Assembly: GCA_034667725.1 (NCBI GenBank)
Contig: JAXDQS010000001.1
Coordinates: forward strand, 109,593 to 173,592
Direction: 5' to 3'
Origin: Thermoplasmata archaeon
GTDB taxonomy: Archaea > Thermoplasmatota > E2 > JACPAO01 > JAHFTW01
DNA: 64,000 bases
A program made the position numbers and the translations under genes. Numbering within the stretch: position 1 is the stretch's first letter; each line of letters starts with the position of its first letter. The notes under the pieces are model-generated. The model did no database searches. It was not told the DNA's origin and saw only the letters and a program-made list of their open reading frames with translations. Below are positions 9,272-18,840 of this stretch, in pieces.

Positions 9272-9814
9272 TTGGCCGTGGCGCGCGAGCTTGCGACCTT
9301 GGCCGGCGGCTGCTTCTGGTGCATCGAGGCGGCGTTCCACCAGATGGAGGGCGTCGAGTCGGCCATCTCGGGCTACATGGGCGGCCACGTCGCCAAGCCA
9401 ACCTACGAGCAGGTGTGCGGCGGGGACACAGGCCACGCCGAGGTGGTGCAGGTCGCCTTCGACAACGAGGCGCTCGACTACCGCACCGTGCTGGAGGCGT
9501 TCTTCTCGCTGCACGACCCCACGACCCTGAACCGGCAGGGCGCCGACGTGGGCACGCAGTACCGCAGCGCCGTGTTCACGCACAGCCCCGAGCAGGAGCG
9601 GACGGCGCGCGCCCTCGTGGCCGAGCTGGAGAAGGAGAAGGTGTGGGACGACCCCATCGTGACCGAGGTCGTGCCGGCCGCCACGTTCTGGCCCGCCGAG
9701 GCGTACCACCAGCGCTACTACGAGCGCAACCCCCATGCCGGCTACTGCATGGCCGTCGTGCGCCCCAAGCTGGCCAAGTTCCAGAAGGCCTGGAAGGCCC
9801 GGCTCAAAGCCTGA
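9272..9814 (+). CDS. msrA: Peptide methionine sulfoxide reductase MsrA. The start is TTG 9272 or GTG 9278.
   Basis: GCFWC active-site motif near the N-terminus. Conserved MsrA blocks GHAEVVQVAFD and TQYRSAVF. Confidence 0.9.
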   Translation: MAVARELATLAGGCFWCIEAAFHQMEGVESAISGYMGGHVAKPTYEQVCGGDTGHAEVVQVAFDNEALDYRTVLEAFFSLHDPTTLNRQGADVGTQYRSAVFTHSPEQERTARALVAELEKEKVWDDPIVTEVVPAATFWPAEAYHQRYYERNPHAGYCMAVVRPKLAKFQKAWKARLKA

Positions 9815-9888
9815 CGCGGCCCGGCCGGGACCCCCCGGGGAACAAAGCGACACCCTCACCCTATAAGCCGGGGCGGGAATGGACGCGC

Positions 9889-10434
9889 ATGCGCCGATCC
9901 GCCTTCTGGGCGTCGCTGGTTGCGCTTGCCCTCACCGCAACCAACGCCGCGGCCGCCCCGCCGCAGGAGCCGCCGAACCACGTCGCCGCCTACCCGCACG
10001 ACAAGGGCGTCCTGGTCGACTGGTCCGGCTCCACCGTCCCCGTCATGCCTTGGACGACGATGTACGAGGTCATGCGGCACGACATCTTCCCCTTGGCCAG
10101 CACCGGCTTCCGCGCCGTCGGCAGGGTCACGCCCACGGTCACGAACTTCGTCGACACCACCGTCCCCGACCAGAGCGTGGTGGAGTACTGCGTGCGCGCC
10201 GTGACCGTCGACGGCCCCCAGGCGTGCAGCGAGTCCGCCTACTACGTGGACCCCGCCGACTGCGTCCTGCTCTACGGCGCCTACACGCTCGACCTCGACA
10301 CGCACTGCCTCTACACCACGGACCCGCCCCTGCCCATCTTCTACCCGACGTGCGCGCCGGTGGCCGCCCAGGTCACCTCGCAAGGCACGTTCAACGTCCA
10401 GCCGCGGATGACCTGCATCCAGTTCTGGCCATGA
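9889..10434 (+). CDS. Secreted Cys-containing protein (181 aa, signal peptide). First gene of a 3-gene operon.
   Basis: ATG at 9889, with the TATA-like CTATAAG 22 nt upstream (leaderless). Signal peptide MRRSAFWASLVALALTATNAAAA. Its stop overlaps the next start (ATGA 10431-10434). Confidence 0.55.
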   Translation: MRRSAFWASLVALALTATNAAAAPPQEPPNHVAAYPHDKGVLVDWSGSTVPVMPWTTMYEVMRHDIFPLASTGFRAVGRVTPTVTNFVDTTVPDQSVVEYCVRAVTVDGPQACSESAYYVDPADCVLLYGAYTLDLDTHCLYTTDPPLPIFYPTCAPVAAQVTSQGTFNVQPRMTCIQFWP

Positions 10435-11843
10435 GCCCGTGCCCGCGGGCCGTGCCGTTCGCGCTGGCCGCCGCGTTCCTCGCCCTCCCCGTGCTGGTGC
10501 CGCCCGCCAACGCCTTGGGCGGCGAGGCGCAGCGCGCCATGGTCACCGACGCCGACCTGCGGGGCCCGCTCGTGGCCGCCGACCTGCCGCCTGAGCACGC
10601 CGACGCCAAGCTGACGCTGCGGCTTGAGGCGGCGGCCGCCACCTTCCTGGTGCAAGAGTATCGCTGGACGGCCGGCGCCACCAGCGTCCAGTCGCTCGCC
10701 ACCCATCCCGACGACCGCGTCGGCCACGTCGAAGGCGTCGTGGCCACGGGCGCGAGCCGCGACGACGTCGCCTTCACCCTGCTGCCCCTCGCCGAGGGCG
10801 CCGCCACCCTCCAGGTCGTGGCGCCCTGCCTCGGCCTGGCGGCCGCCACCAGCGGCACCGCCACGTTCGTGGACCGCACCGGCGGCGGCCCCAGCCCGCC
10901 GCCCGCGCGCCCCGCGCCATTGGCCGGCAGCCTGGCCGCAGGGGCGTGCCAAGGCACCGCCACCGTGCGCGCCACCGGCTCGTTCCAGTTCTCGCTGTGG
11001 AGCCTCGACGTCGAAGCCAGCGGCGCCGGCGACGCCGGCACCTACCCCTCCGGCCGGGAGCAGGACGCCCGGGCCCCCGGCGCCCCCTGCGTGGCCGGCT
11101 GCGACCTCGTCAAGCGCCAATCCTACGTCACCGTCGAGAACGGCACCCTGGAGATCACGGGCGTCCCGCTCGCCTCCGCGTTGCTGCACGCCACCGCGCT
11201 GCGCGGCCCCGCCACCAAGCTCGTCCTCGACGAGGGCGAGCCCATCGTGCACGCCGGCGGCCTCACGCTCGACCTGCGCGCCGACAGCGGCCGCGTCCGC
11301 GCCGTGGCCGCCCCCGTCCAGCCGCCCGCCAACCCCGACGCCGTCGTCGCCCAAGGCCCGCTCGCCTGGGGCTGGGGCTACGGCCTGCTTGCCGCCCTCG
11401 CCCTCCCGGCCGTCGCCGTCGGCCTCATCGCCGTCCGCGGCCGCCGCGCCGCGCGCCGGCTCGACGACGCCGAGGCGCTGCTGGAGCAAGGCCTGCCCCA
11501 CGAGGCCGCGCGGCTGGCCCGCCCACTATTGCGGCGCGCCCGCCAGCGCGACGAGGCCGCCTTCGTCCTCGTGCAGGCGCTGTGCGACGCCGGCGTGCCC
11601 GCCGAGGCGCGCGCGACCGTCGCGCAAGTGTGGCCGGCCGACCGCCCGGTCGCCGCCTACCTGCGCGCCTACATCGAGGCCGCGCAAGGCCGGCAGGACG
11701 CCGCCGTCCGCGAGCTGGCCGACTGCCTCGCCGCCGCGCCCGACTTCCTGCCGGAGGTCCAGGCCCAGCCCTTGTTCCGCCGCGCCCTGCGATCGCCCGC
11801 CCTGGCCCGCTGGCTGGGGCCGCACAGCCCGGGGTACTCGTGA
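10431..11843 (+). CDS. Single-pass membrane protein with an extracellular domain and a cytoplasmic TPR-like helical tail
   Basis: Signal peptide MSPCPRAVPFALAAAFLALPVLVPPANA. TM WGWGYGLLAALALPAVAVGLIAV. Ala/Arg-rich helical repeats at the C-terminus. Coupled by ATGA to the upstream gene. Confidence 0.55.
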   Translation: MSPCPRAVPFALAAAFLALPVLVPPANALGGEAQRAMVTDADLRGPLVAADLPPEHADAKLTLRLEAAAATFLVQEYRWTAGATSVQSLATHPDDRVGHVEGVVATGASRDDVAFTLLPLAEGAATLQVVAPCLGLAAATSGTATFVDRTGGGPSPPPARPAPLAGSLAAGACQGTATVRATGSFQFSLWSLDVEASGAGDAGTYPSGREQDARAPGAPCVAGCDLVKRQSYVTVENGTLEITGVPLASALLHATALRGPATKLVLDEGEPIVHAGGLTLDLRADSGRVRAVAAPVQPPANPDAVVAQGPLAWGWGYGLLAALALPAVAVGLIAVRGRRAARRLDDAEALLEQGLPHEAARLARPLLRRARQRDEAAFVLVQALCDAGVPAEARATVAQVWPADRPVAAYLRAYIEAAQGRQDAAVRELADCLAAAPDFLPEVQAQPLFRRALRSPALARWLGPHSPGYS

Positions 11844-12319
11844 TGGAGCCGGACGCCCGCGCCCGCATCGTCGTCCTGGTCGCCGCCACCCCTGGCCTTT
11901 CGCTGCAGGACCTGGCGCTCGCGATGGGCCTCAGCCGCACCGCCGTCGCCCGCCACACCCGCCGCCTCGCCAAGGACGGCCGCATCCGCCGCATCCGCTC
12001 CGGCCGCCGCGTGCTGCACGTCCCCAACGGCCACGAGGGCAACCCGACCATCCTCGCCGCGATGCGCCAACGCACCGCCCGCATCGTGCTGGAGTCGTTC
12101 CGCGCCGACCCCCGCCTGCCCGTGCGCGAGCTGGCGCGGCGGCTCGACGTCACGCCGAAGGCCGTCCGCTGGCACGTCAAGCGCTTCCGCGCCGACGGCC
12201 TGCTGGAGGGCGCCGGCATGGAGCGCGACGGCCGCCGCGGCCGCCCCGACGCCGGGCTCGGCGAAGGACTGGAGGCGATGCCGGTGTGGGACCCGGCGGA
12301 GCATCCGGAGCACGGCTGA
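11844..12319 (+). CDS. Tandem winged-helix (wHTH) transcriptional regulator
   Basis: Two repeats of the HTH pattern (LSLQDLALAMGLSRTAVARHTRRLAKDGRIRR and LPVRELARRLDVTPKAVRWHVKRFRADGLL). Begins 1 nt after the upstream stop. Confidence 0.6.
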
Positions 12320-12430
12320 CGCCGGCCGCCGGCTACAGGCTCGCCCGCACCTTCGCCTTGGCGGCTTCCAGGCACTCGCGCGAGGGCGCTCCGCCCCGCG
12401 ACCCCCTGAAGGCTCGCGCTGCGGCGCTCG

Positions 12431-15178
12431 CTACGACAGGGACTGGGCGACGTTGCGCTTCGCTTGCTCGAGGAACGCCGGGACCATCGCCGTGTTGGTC
12501 GTCGCGCCCTGCACCATGTCCGGCTTGCCTCCGCCACGGGCTCCGGCCAAGTCCTTGACTTCCTGGAACTTGGCTCGCAGGTCCAACTGGACGTCAGCGG
12601 AACGCGCGAAGATGAACGGGCCTTCCGTCGAAGCCAGCAAGGCCACGACGCCTTCGGGTTGGGTCAATTCGGCAGCGACTTTCTGCAAGGCCGCCGCGGG
12701 CAGAATCTGCACCACGATGCGGAACCGTCCAACCGGGTGGGCGTTCGCGACCGCGGCCTTGCTCTCCAGCTCGGCGAGGCGGGCGTTCAGGGTCTCGAGC
12801 TGCTTGCGCTGCTCCTTCCATTCGCCGAAGAACCGCTTGGCCGCGTTGGGGACCTCGGCGGGCGCCACCTCCATCGCCTCGCCGGCGGAGCGCAGCAGGT
12901 CGTCGGTGGCCTGCCAGCGCTGCACGGCGTAGGGGCCGGCGGCGTACTCGAAGCGCTCGACGCCGTCCTGGACGCGCTCGGTGCGGTACAGCTTGATGGG
13001 GCCGACCTCGTGGGTGGTGTTGCAGTGGGTGCCGCCGCAGTATTCGACGTCGAAGTCCGCGATCTCCACGACGCGCACGTCGCGGCCCTTGGGGATGCCG
13101 CCTTGCAGCAGCGTGAGGCCGTACTTGTTCTCGGCCTCCTCGCGCTTCCACCAGGTCTTGGTGACGGCGCGGCCTTCCAGGACGACCTGGTTGGCAAGCT
13201 GCTCGATGCGCTCCAGCTCCTCCTTGGTGGGGCGCCGGAAGTGGGTCATGTCGACGCGGGCGCAGTCGTGGTACTTCTGGGTGCCCGCCTGCCACGAGTG
13301 CATGCCGAGGACGCGGCGGACGGCCTGGTTCATGATGTGGGTCGCGGTGTGGCTGCGGGTGCAGTCGAGGCGGAACGCCCAATCGACCTCGCCGTGGACG
13401 GTGGCGCCGACGGGGACCGGCTCGCTGACGTGGTGGACCGCGTGGCCGCCGTCCTTGGCGGTCGTGAGGACCTTCACCTTCTTGCCGCCCACCAGGAGCG
13501 TACCTTGGTCGCCGGGCTGGCCGCCGGTCTCCGCGAAGAAGCAGGTCTTGTCCAGGACGACGGCGTGGGCCTTGCCGTCCATGCCGGACCACAGCACCTT
13601 GGCGTCGAACGCGCGCTGGTCCTGGTGCTTGTAGTACACGAGCTCGGTGGGCGGGACCTGGAGCCGCAGCCCCTTCTCCTTGCCCTTGGCGGCCTTGCTG
13701 TGCCGGGCCGCGACCACCATGTCGAAGTCGTCGGGCACCTCGACCTTGATGCCCATCTGGGCGGCGGCCTCCGCCACCGTGTTCGGGCCGAGGCCGTGGG
13801 TGTCGTAGAGGTCCACCAAATCGTCGGTGGTGAGCGCCTTCTTCTTCTGCAAGGTGCGCTCCACCAGGCGGAGGCCCTTGTCGCGGGAGTCGATGTAGCG
13901 CTCGGTCTCCAGCGCCATGATCTCCATCGCGCGCGGCACGGCGGCCTTGAACTCGGGGAACTCGCCGAGCATCCGCTCCATGTTCCAGGCCACGAGGTCG
14001 CCCAAGGGCTCGCGGATCCCGAGCTGCTCCATGAAGCGGAGCGCGCGGCGGGTCACGAGGCGCATGAGGTAGCCGGCCTTGACGTTGGAGGGCACGATGC
14101 CGTCGCCCACCATGATGGAGAGGCAGCGCAGGTGGTCGCAGAGCGCGTACATGCTCTCGACCGGGCCCATGATGTCGTTGAGCTCGGCGACGTCGGTCTG
14201 GATGCCGTGCGCGGCGAGCCGCTTGACGACCTCGGCCCGCAGGCCGTCGAGCTTCTGGCCGATGTCCAGGTTGAGGATGCCTTGGACGCGGGCGTGCTCG
14301 GTGATGATGCGGTTGGCCTTGGCGTCGTCGCGGATGCGGGCGGTGGCGAGGCCCTTGATGCGGCCAATGGTGTCGGGGAACACGGTGTCGTAGGCCGTCG
14401 GCGTCCCGGTCGAGGCCCAGGCCAGGCGCTCCAGGCCCCAGCCGGTGTCGATGATGCGCATGGGCATCCGGCGGTAGCTCTCGCCCTTGATGCTGAACTC
14501 GCCGCCCTCGGCCTCCTCCAGGCACATGAACACCAGGGTCGCGACCTCGAGGCCGCCGGCGAACACCTCGACCGCGGGGCCCGCGTTGCCGCCGCCGTTC
14601 CAGGTGCCTTCCTTGAACGTGATGCGCTTGCCGTCCAGCCCGAGGACCTTGGTCAGGAACTCGACGCCGTAGGCGACGCACTCCTCGGTCCAATACTTCT
14701 CGTCGCCGGGATAGTTGAAGGCGTGGTGGCCCATCATCTCGAAGCACGAGAAGTGGCGCCCGGAGCGGCCGATGTTGGACAGGTCGTTGAGGCGGATGCA
14801 GGGCTGCGACACCACCAGCGGGTTGGCGGGCGGCGGCACCTCGCCGGAGGTCACGTGGGGCTGGTAGTTCGCGATCGACGCGATGTTGAGGTAGATGTCG
14901 TCCCGCCAGCGGGCGACCACCGGGTTGCGGGGCACGCGCTTGTGGCCCTTGGACTCGAAGAACCGCAGGAACGCCTCGCGCATCTGCGCCACCGACAGCG
15001 GCTTGGTGGTGAGCGGGTTGCCCAGGAAGTCGTACTCGACGCAGTTGGAGTCGCCGCACAAGGTCCGCGCCGCGTCCGTCGTCCAGAACGGGTCGTGGCA
15101 CGTCGGGCAGATGCGGCGCTGGTAGCCGTTCTCGTGGAAGAACCGCAGGTCCAGCATCTTGGCGAGTTCCGGGTTCAT
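12431..15178 (-). CDS. alaS: Alanyl-tRNA synthetase (archaeal type). An alternative start lies 21 codons upstream at 15241.
   Basis: N-terminus MNPELAKMLDLRFFHENGYQRRICPTCHDPFWT matches the archaeal AlaRS N-terminal zinc motif. Class II core plus editing domain HxxxH/CxxxH (HTATHIMNQAVRRVLG...CGGTHC). The ~915-aa length is typical. The upstream part of ORF 12431..16495 is an artefact. Confidence 0.9.
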   Translation of the reverse strand: MNPELAKMLDLRFFHENGYQRRICPTCHDPFWTTDAARTLCGDSNCVEYDFLGNPLTTKPLSVAQMREAFLRFFESKGHKRVPRNPVVARWRDDIYLNIASIANYQPHVTSGEVPPPANPLVVSQPCIRLNDLSNIGRSGRHFSCFEMMGHHAFNYPGDEKYWTEECVAYGVEFLTKVLGLDGKRITFKEGTWNGGGNAGPAVEVFAGGLEVATLVFMCLEEAEGGEFSIKGESYRRMPMRIIDTGWGLERLAWASTGTPTAYDTVFPDTIGRIKGLATARIRDDAKANRIITEHARVQGILNLDIGQKLDGLRAEVVKRLAAHGIQTDVAELNDIMGPVESMYALCDHLRCLSIMVGDGIVPSNVKAGYLMRLVTRRALRFMEQLGIREPLGDLVAWNMERMLGEFPEFKAAVPRAMEIMALETERYIDSRDKGLRLVERTLQKKKALTTDDLVDLYDTHGLGPNTVAEAAAQMGIKVEVPDDFDMVVAARHSKAAKGKEKGLRLQVPPTELVYYKHQDQRAFDAKVLWSGMDGKAHAVVLDKTCFFAETGGQPGDQGTLLVGGKKVKVLTTAKDGGHAVHHVSEPVPVGATVHGEVDWAFRLDCTRSHTATHIMNQAVRRVLGMHSWQAGTQKYHDCARVDMTHFRRPTKEELERIEQLANQVVLEGRAVTKTWWKREEAENKYGLTLLQGGIPKGRDVRVVEIADFDVEYCGGTHCNTTHEVGPIKLYRTERVQDGVERFEYAAGPYAVQRWQATDDLLRSAGEAMEVAPAEVPNAAKRFFGEWKEQRKQLETLNARLAELESKAAVANAHPVGRFRIVVQILPAAALQKVAAELTQPEGVVALLASTEGPFIFARSADVQLDLRAKFQEVKDLAGARGGGKPDMVQGATTNTAMVPAFLEQAKRNVAQSLS

Positions 15179-15376
15179 CCCGGAGGTCGCCTTAGGCGCA
15201 GCGGGAGCGGAGCCGTCGCGCGGCTCGGGCGACATCACCATGCGGCGCGGCACGGAGGTCCGACGGATAAGCGGCCCGGCGCAGGAGGGAACCGCCGGCT
15301 TCGGCGCGCACATTGGCCTACGTTCGTCGGCCTCCGAGGGGCAACGCCTAAGCGGAGGGTCAGGACTCGCTGGCGC

Positions 15377-16378
15377 ATGGACCCCAAGACCGCGAGCCTC
15401 GCCGCCCTGGCGCTGCTGCTCATGGCCGGCTGCACCGGCGAGACCGGCCCGGCCACCGACACGCCGCTCGATTCCCACGGCAACCCTGTCCCGCCGCCCG
15501 TCCAGATTCCGGCGCCCGTGTGGAAGGTCGGCCAGTCGTGGACCTACAGTTGGCTGATCGAGGGCGACCCCAACCCGTTCGACGTCCAGTCCGTCGTCGC
15601 CGAAGCCACCCCCGCCGGCTACCTGCTGGCGACCCCCAGCCTCGCCAGCGCCGCCATCCACGGCGCCTTCACCCTCCCCACCCTCGGCCTGTTCTCCCCC
15701 ACCGACCTCACCGCCAGCGCCGACGGCGGCACCTGGCCCTGGTACCGCTTCCCCCTCTCCGAGAACCTCACCTGGCAAGCCAGCCTGTCGAGCAAGGACG
15801 GCGAGGGCGGCACGTACCAGCAGACCTGGGCCATGGCCGCCAGCAACGTCACCAGCCGCGGCGCCGACATCGTGGCCCGCGTCGACGGCGTCGTCATCGC
15901 CCAGTACGACTTCGACAACGCCACCGGCTGGTTCACCGAGGCCCGCTTCTACAGCGAGGAAGGCGACCTGCAGTTCCACATCACCCTCAAGGAGAAGGCC
16001 GCCACGTTCCAGGGCACCCTGTACGACGCCACCGGCGACTTCCTGTTCCAGGCCGACTTCGCCGCCGAGCCCGGCACCTTCGGCGGCCAGCCCACGGCGC
16101 AGTTCAGCCCCGACGCCGACCACACCCACATCCTCGCGTTCCCGTACGCCTACGCCGCCGGCGGCGCCTCGGCCAGCACCCTGGTCGCCCCCAACGGCAC
16201 CGCCTACCCGCTGCACACCGACCCCGCCCAAGCCGTGGACGGCACCGGCACCGGGGCGTTCCTGGTCGTGCCGGCGGCCCCGGGCAACTGGGAGTTCGCG
16301 ACCGTCGGCGCCGGCGCGTTCGCCTGGGGCGGCGGCGTGCAGGCGTTCGGGATCAGCGCGCGGGTGCTGACGGTATAA
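15377..16378 (+). CDS. Putative lipoprotein (lipobox LLLMAGC), hypothetical
   Basis: Signal peptide with lipobox MDPKTASLAALALLLMAGCTG. 333 aa. This is the C-terminal portion of the long antisense ORF 12464..16378. Confidence 0.55.
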   Translation: MDPKTASLAALALLLMAGCTGETGPATDTPLDSHGNPVPPPVQIPAPVWKVGQSWTYSWLIEGDPNPFDVQSVVAEATPAGYLLATPSLASAAIHGAFTLPTLGLFSPTDLTASADGGTWPWYRFPLSENLTWQASLSSKDGEGGTYQQTWAMAASNVTSRGADIVARVDGVVIAQYDFDNATGWFTEARFYSEEGDLQFHITLKEKAATFQGTLYDATGDFLFQADFAAEPGTFGGQPTAQFSPDADHTHILAFPYAYAAGGASASTLVAPNGTAYPLHTDPAQAVDGTGTGAFLVVPAAPGNWEFATVGAGAFAWGGGVQAFGISARVLTV

Positions 16379-16382
16379 GGGC

Positions 16383-17225
16383 TCAGTAGAACCAACCGAC
16401 GGCCGAAACGGAACGGCGGGGAATCTCGAAAAGCGGGCCCGCCCGAGGATCCATCGTCCCGTTCCGGACCAGGAAGCTGTCGGATGTGGTCGCAAGGACG
16501 AACACGGGAACGGTGTACCCGAAACCCGAGGTCTCGTTCACGTTCTCCAGCAGGTTGCGGCGGACCACGGGAGTCAAGCCATCGGGCTCGATTTCCAAGA
16601 TGGCGACCTCTGGGAAGGTCCCACCAAACTCGGGTGCAAGGTCTTCCATGAAAATGAGCGGAAACGAAATCATGGCCACCATTACGAAAGTCCCGACGAC
16701 CAAGACCGTGACGTCCTCCTCGTCCTTATGGAGGTGTTTGTCTTTTGCGAAGAGCCGGTTGAGCAGGGCCGCGAGAGCCGGCACCGCCACACCCAACAGA
16801 ACGCCCTGCATCGCGTACAGCCAAGGGGAGTAGGTGTTCTCTTCCAGCATGTCGAACCCTTGTCCAATGAAGTAGCATGCCAACACGCCCAATGCTCCGG
16901 CAACGGGGTAGACAAGGAGCACCCAGGTCGACCTCCATCCCCGACGGCAGGCTTTCCTGTAGGCCTGATGCGCCATCACGAGGGCAAACGCGACCATGAG
17001 TCCAAGCACAAGGGCTGCAAACCCAAGCGCCAGCAGCCGCTCCGGTGGTGCGGAAACCCATCCTAGACGGTAATCGTACAGATGCCGGCCCCAGGCCATG
17101 AAGCCAATGACATAGGCGGCCGGCAAGATACCCAATGCGATGTTCCTGACGGTCAGCATCCAACCGTAGCGGAAAGTCAACTCCGGATCAGAGATGTCCG
17201 CTTCCTGGACGGTCTCGTCTGCCAT
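16383..17225 (-). CDS. Hypothetical polytopic membrane protein. The gene has markedly lower GC (~55%) than its surroundings.
   Basis: Start MADETVQEADISDPELTF at 17225 (alternative 17297). 5-6 TM helices. Many A/T-ending codons (aaa, att, ttt, gaa), atypical for this genome. Confidence 0.6.
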   Translation of the reverse strand: MADETVQEADISDPELTFRYGWMLTVRNIALGILPAAYVIGFMAWGRHLYDYRLGWVSAPPERLLALGFAALVLGLMVAFALVMAHQAYRKACRRGWRSTWVLLVYPVAGALGVLACYFIGQGFDMLEENTYSPWLYAMQGVLLGVAVPALAALLNRLFAKDKHLHKDEEDVTVLVVGTFVMVAMISFPLIFMEDLAPEFGGTFPEVAILEIEPDGLTPVVRRNLLENVNETSGFGYTVPVFVLATTSDSFLVRNGTMDPRAGPLFEIPRRSVSAVGWFY

Positions 17226-17315
17226 TGCACGCCTATCGAAAAATTCGCAGAAAGAGGTATCGATTTCTTGCTCCCTGTTGGGTGTCCTAAAAAGCATGGA
17301 GAATCTAGACCCCTC
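17226..17315. promoter_or_regulatory. AT-rich divergent promoter region between the 16383..17225 gene (-) and the DHH nuclease gene (+)
   Basis: The 90-nt region is ~45% GC. TATA-like AATTTTTCG lies ~20 nt upstream of the minus-strand ATG. CCTAAAAAG lies ~25 nt upstream of the plus-strand GTG start. Confidence 0.5.
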
Positions 17316-18785
17316 GTGGACGCCCTCCCCCCCGCCCTCGACCCCCGCCTGCGGGCGCGGGCGCTGGCGGGCGCGGCGTGGGTGCGCGAGCAGCACCAGG
17401 CGGGCCGCCGCATCCTGGTCGTCCACCACTTGGACGCCGACGGCGTGACGGCCGGCGCCATCGCCGCCGAGGCGCTGGCGCGCGCCAACGTCCTGCACGC
17501 CACCCAGGTGGTGCGCTCGCTCGACGACGTCCACGTCCGGCTGGTCCACGACGCGGCGCCGACCGCGCTCTGGTTCTGCGACCTTGGCAGCACGGCGTAC
17601 ATGCACTTCCCGCAGCCGAAGCTGGTGTGCGACCACCACCAACTGGTGCGCGACGGCCACGAGGAGTCGTTCCCGCACGTGAACCCGCTCCTGGACGGCA
17701 TCCCGGGCGAGACCATCTCCGGCGCGGGCTGCGCGTTCCTGGTCGCCGCCGCCATGGACGCGGCCAACGCGGACCTGGTCGTCCCGGCCCTCGTGGGCGC
17801 CGCGGGCGACCGGCAGGACCGGCCGTTCGAGGGCACCAACCAGCTCCTGGTCCGCCTTGCCGTCGGGCGCGGCCTCGCCGACGCCGCCATGGACCTGTCG
17901 TTCTTCGGCCCCGAGACCCGGCCGCTGCGGCAGTTCCTCGCCCGCGGCGACGTCCGCGTGCCCGGCGTCGCCGGCGACCCCCGCGGCGCCGAGGCCCTGC
18001 TCCTGGAGCTGGGCCTGCCGGCCGACACCACCTGGAGCGCGTTGTCGCCCGACGAGCGGCTGCGCGTCCGCTCCGCCCTGGCGACGCGGCTCCTCGACTG
18101 CGGCCTGGCCGCCGAGGTCCCCGGCCTGTGGCGCGAGGTCGTGCGGCTGGCGCGCGAGCCGCCGGGCCCGACGCGCGAGCTGCAGGAGTTCGCCACCCTC
18201 CTCAACAGCACCGCCCGCTACGGCCGCCCCGAGGTCGGCCTGGCCGTGGCCCGCGGCGACCGCGCCGCCGCCTACCAGGAGGCGCTGGCGCTGCTGGTGG
18301 ACCACCGCAAGCACCTCGTCGGCAGCCTCGGCCACCTCGCGGCCGCCGGCGTGCGCGACGGCGTGGCGCTGCAGTGGGTCGACGTCGAGGACCGCGTCCG
18401 CGACACGGTGCTCGGCATCGTGTGCGGCATGGCGCTCGGCGGCGACATGGGCCTGCGGCAGGACCGCCCCATCGTCGGCTTCGCCTGGACGCCCGACGGC
18501 CGCACCAAGGTCTCGACCCGCCTGCCCGCCTTGGCGGAGGCGCGGTTCGACCTGGCGCCCGCCGTGCGGGCGGCCGCGGAGGCGGTGGGCGGCCAAGGCG
18601 GCGGCCACCGCGGGGCCGCCGGGGCGACCATCGGGCGCGGCGACCGCGACCGCTTCCTGGCGGAGCTGGACCGCCTGCTGGCCGCGCAGGTGGGGCTCGC
18701 CCTGCCGGCGCCGGCGCCGACGCCGGCGGCGCCCGCGCAGATGCTGGTGCGCTCAAGCGGCGCGCAGACCCGGTTTGCCCTGTAG
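17316..18785 (+). CDS. DHH-family phosphoesterase, archaeal RecJ-like/GAN-like nuclease (GTG start)
   Basis: DHH motifs ILVVHHLDADGVTAGAI and VCDHHQL. Length ~490 aa. There is no in-frame ATG before the motifs, so GTG at 17316 is the inferred start. Confidence 0.65.
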   Translation: MDALPPALDPRLRARALAGAAWVREQHQAGRRILVVHHLDADGVTAGAIAAEALARANVLHATQVVRSLDDVHVRLVHDAAPTALWFCDLGSTAYMHFPQPKLVCDHHQLVRDGHEESFPHVNPLLDGIPGETISGAGCAFLVAAAMDAANADLVVPALVGAAGDRQDRPFEGTNQLLVRLAVGRGLADAAMDLSFFGPETRPLRQFLARGDVRVPGVAGDPRGAEALLLELGLPADTTWSALSPDERLRVRSALATRLLDCGLAAEVPGLWREVVRLAREPPGPTRELQEFATLLNSTARYGRPEVGLAVARGDRAAAYQEALALLVDHRKHLVGSLGHLAAAGVRDGVALQWVDVEDRVRDTVLGIVCGMALGGDMGLRQDRPIVGFAWTPDGRTKVSTRLPALAEARFDLAPAVRAAAEAVGGQGGGHRGAAGATIGRGDRDRFLAELDRLLAAQVGLALPAPAPTPAAPAQMLVRSSGAQTRFAL

Positions 18786-18840
18786 CGCTGCGAGGCTACC
18801 TCCAATGAATTTGTATAGCCGTCATGCAGCGTCCCCTGTC

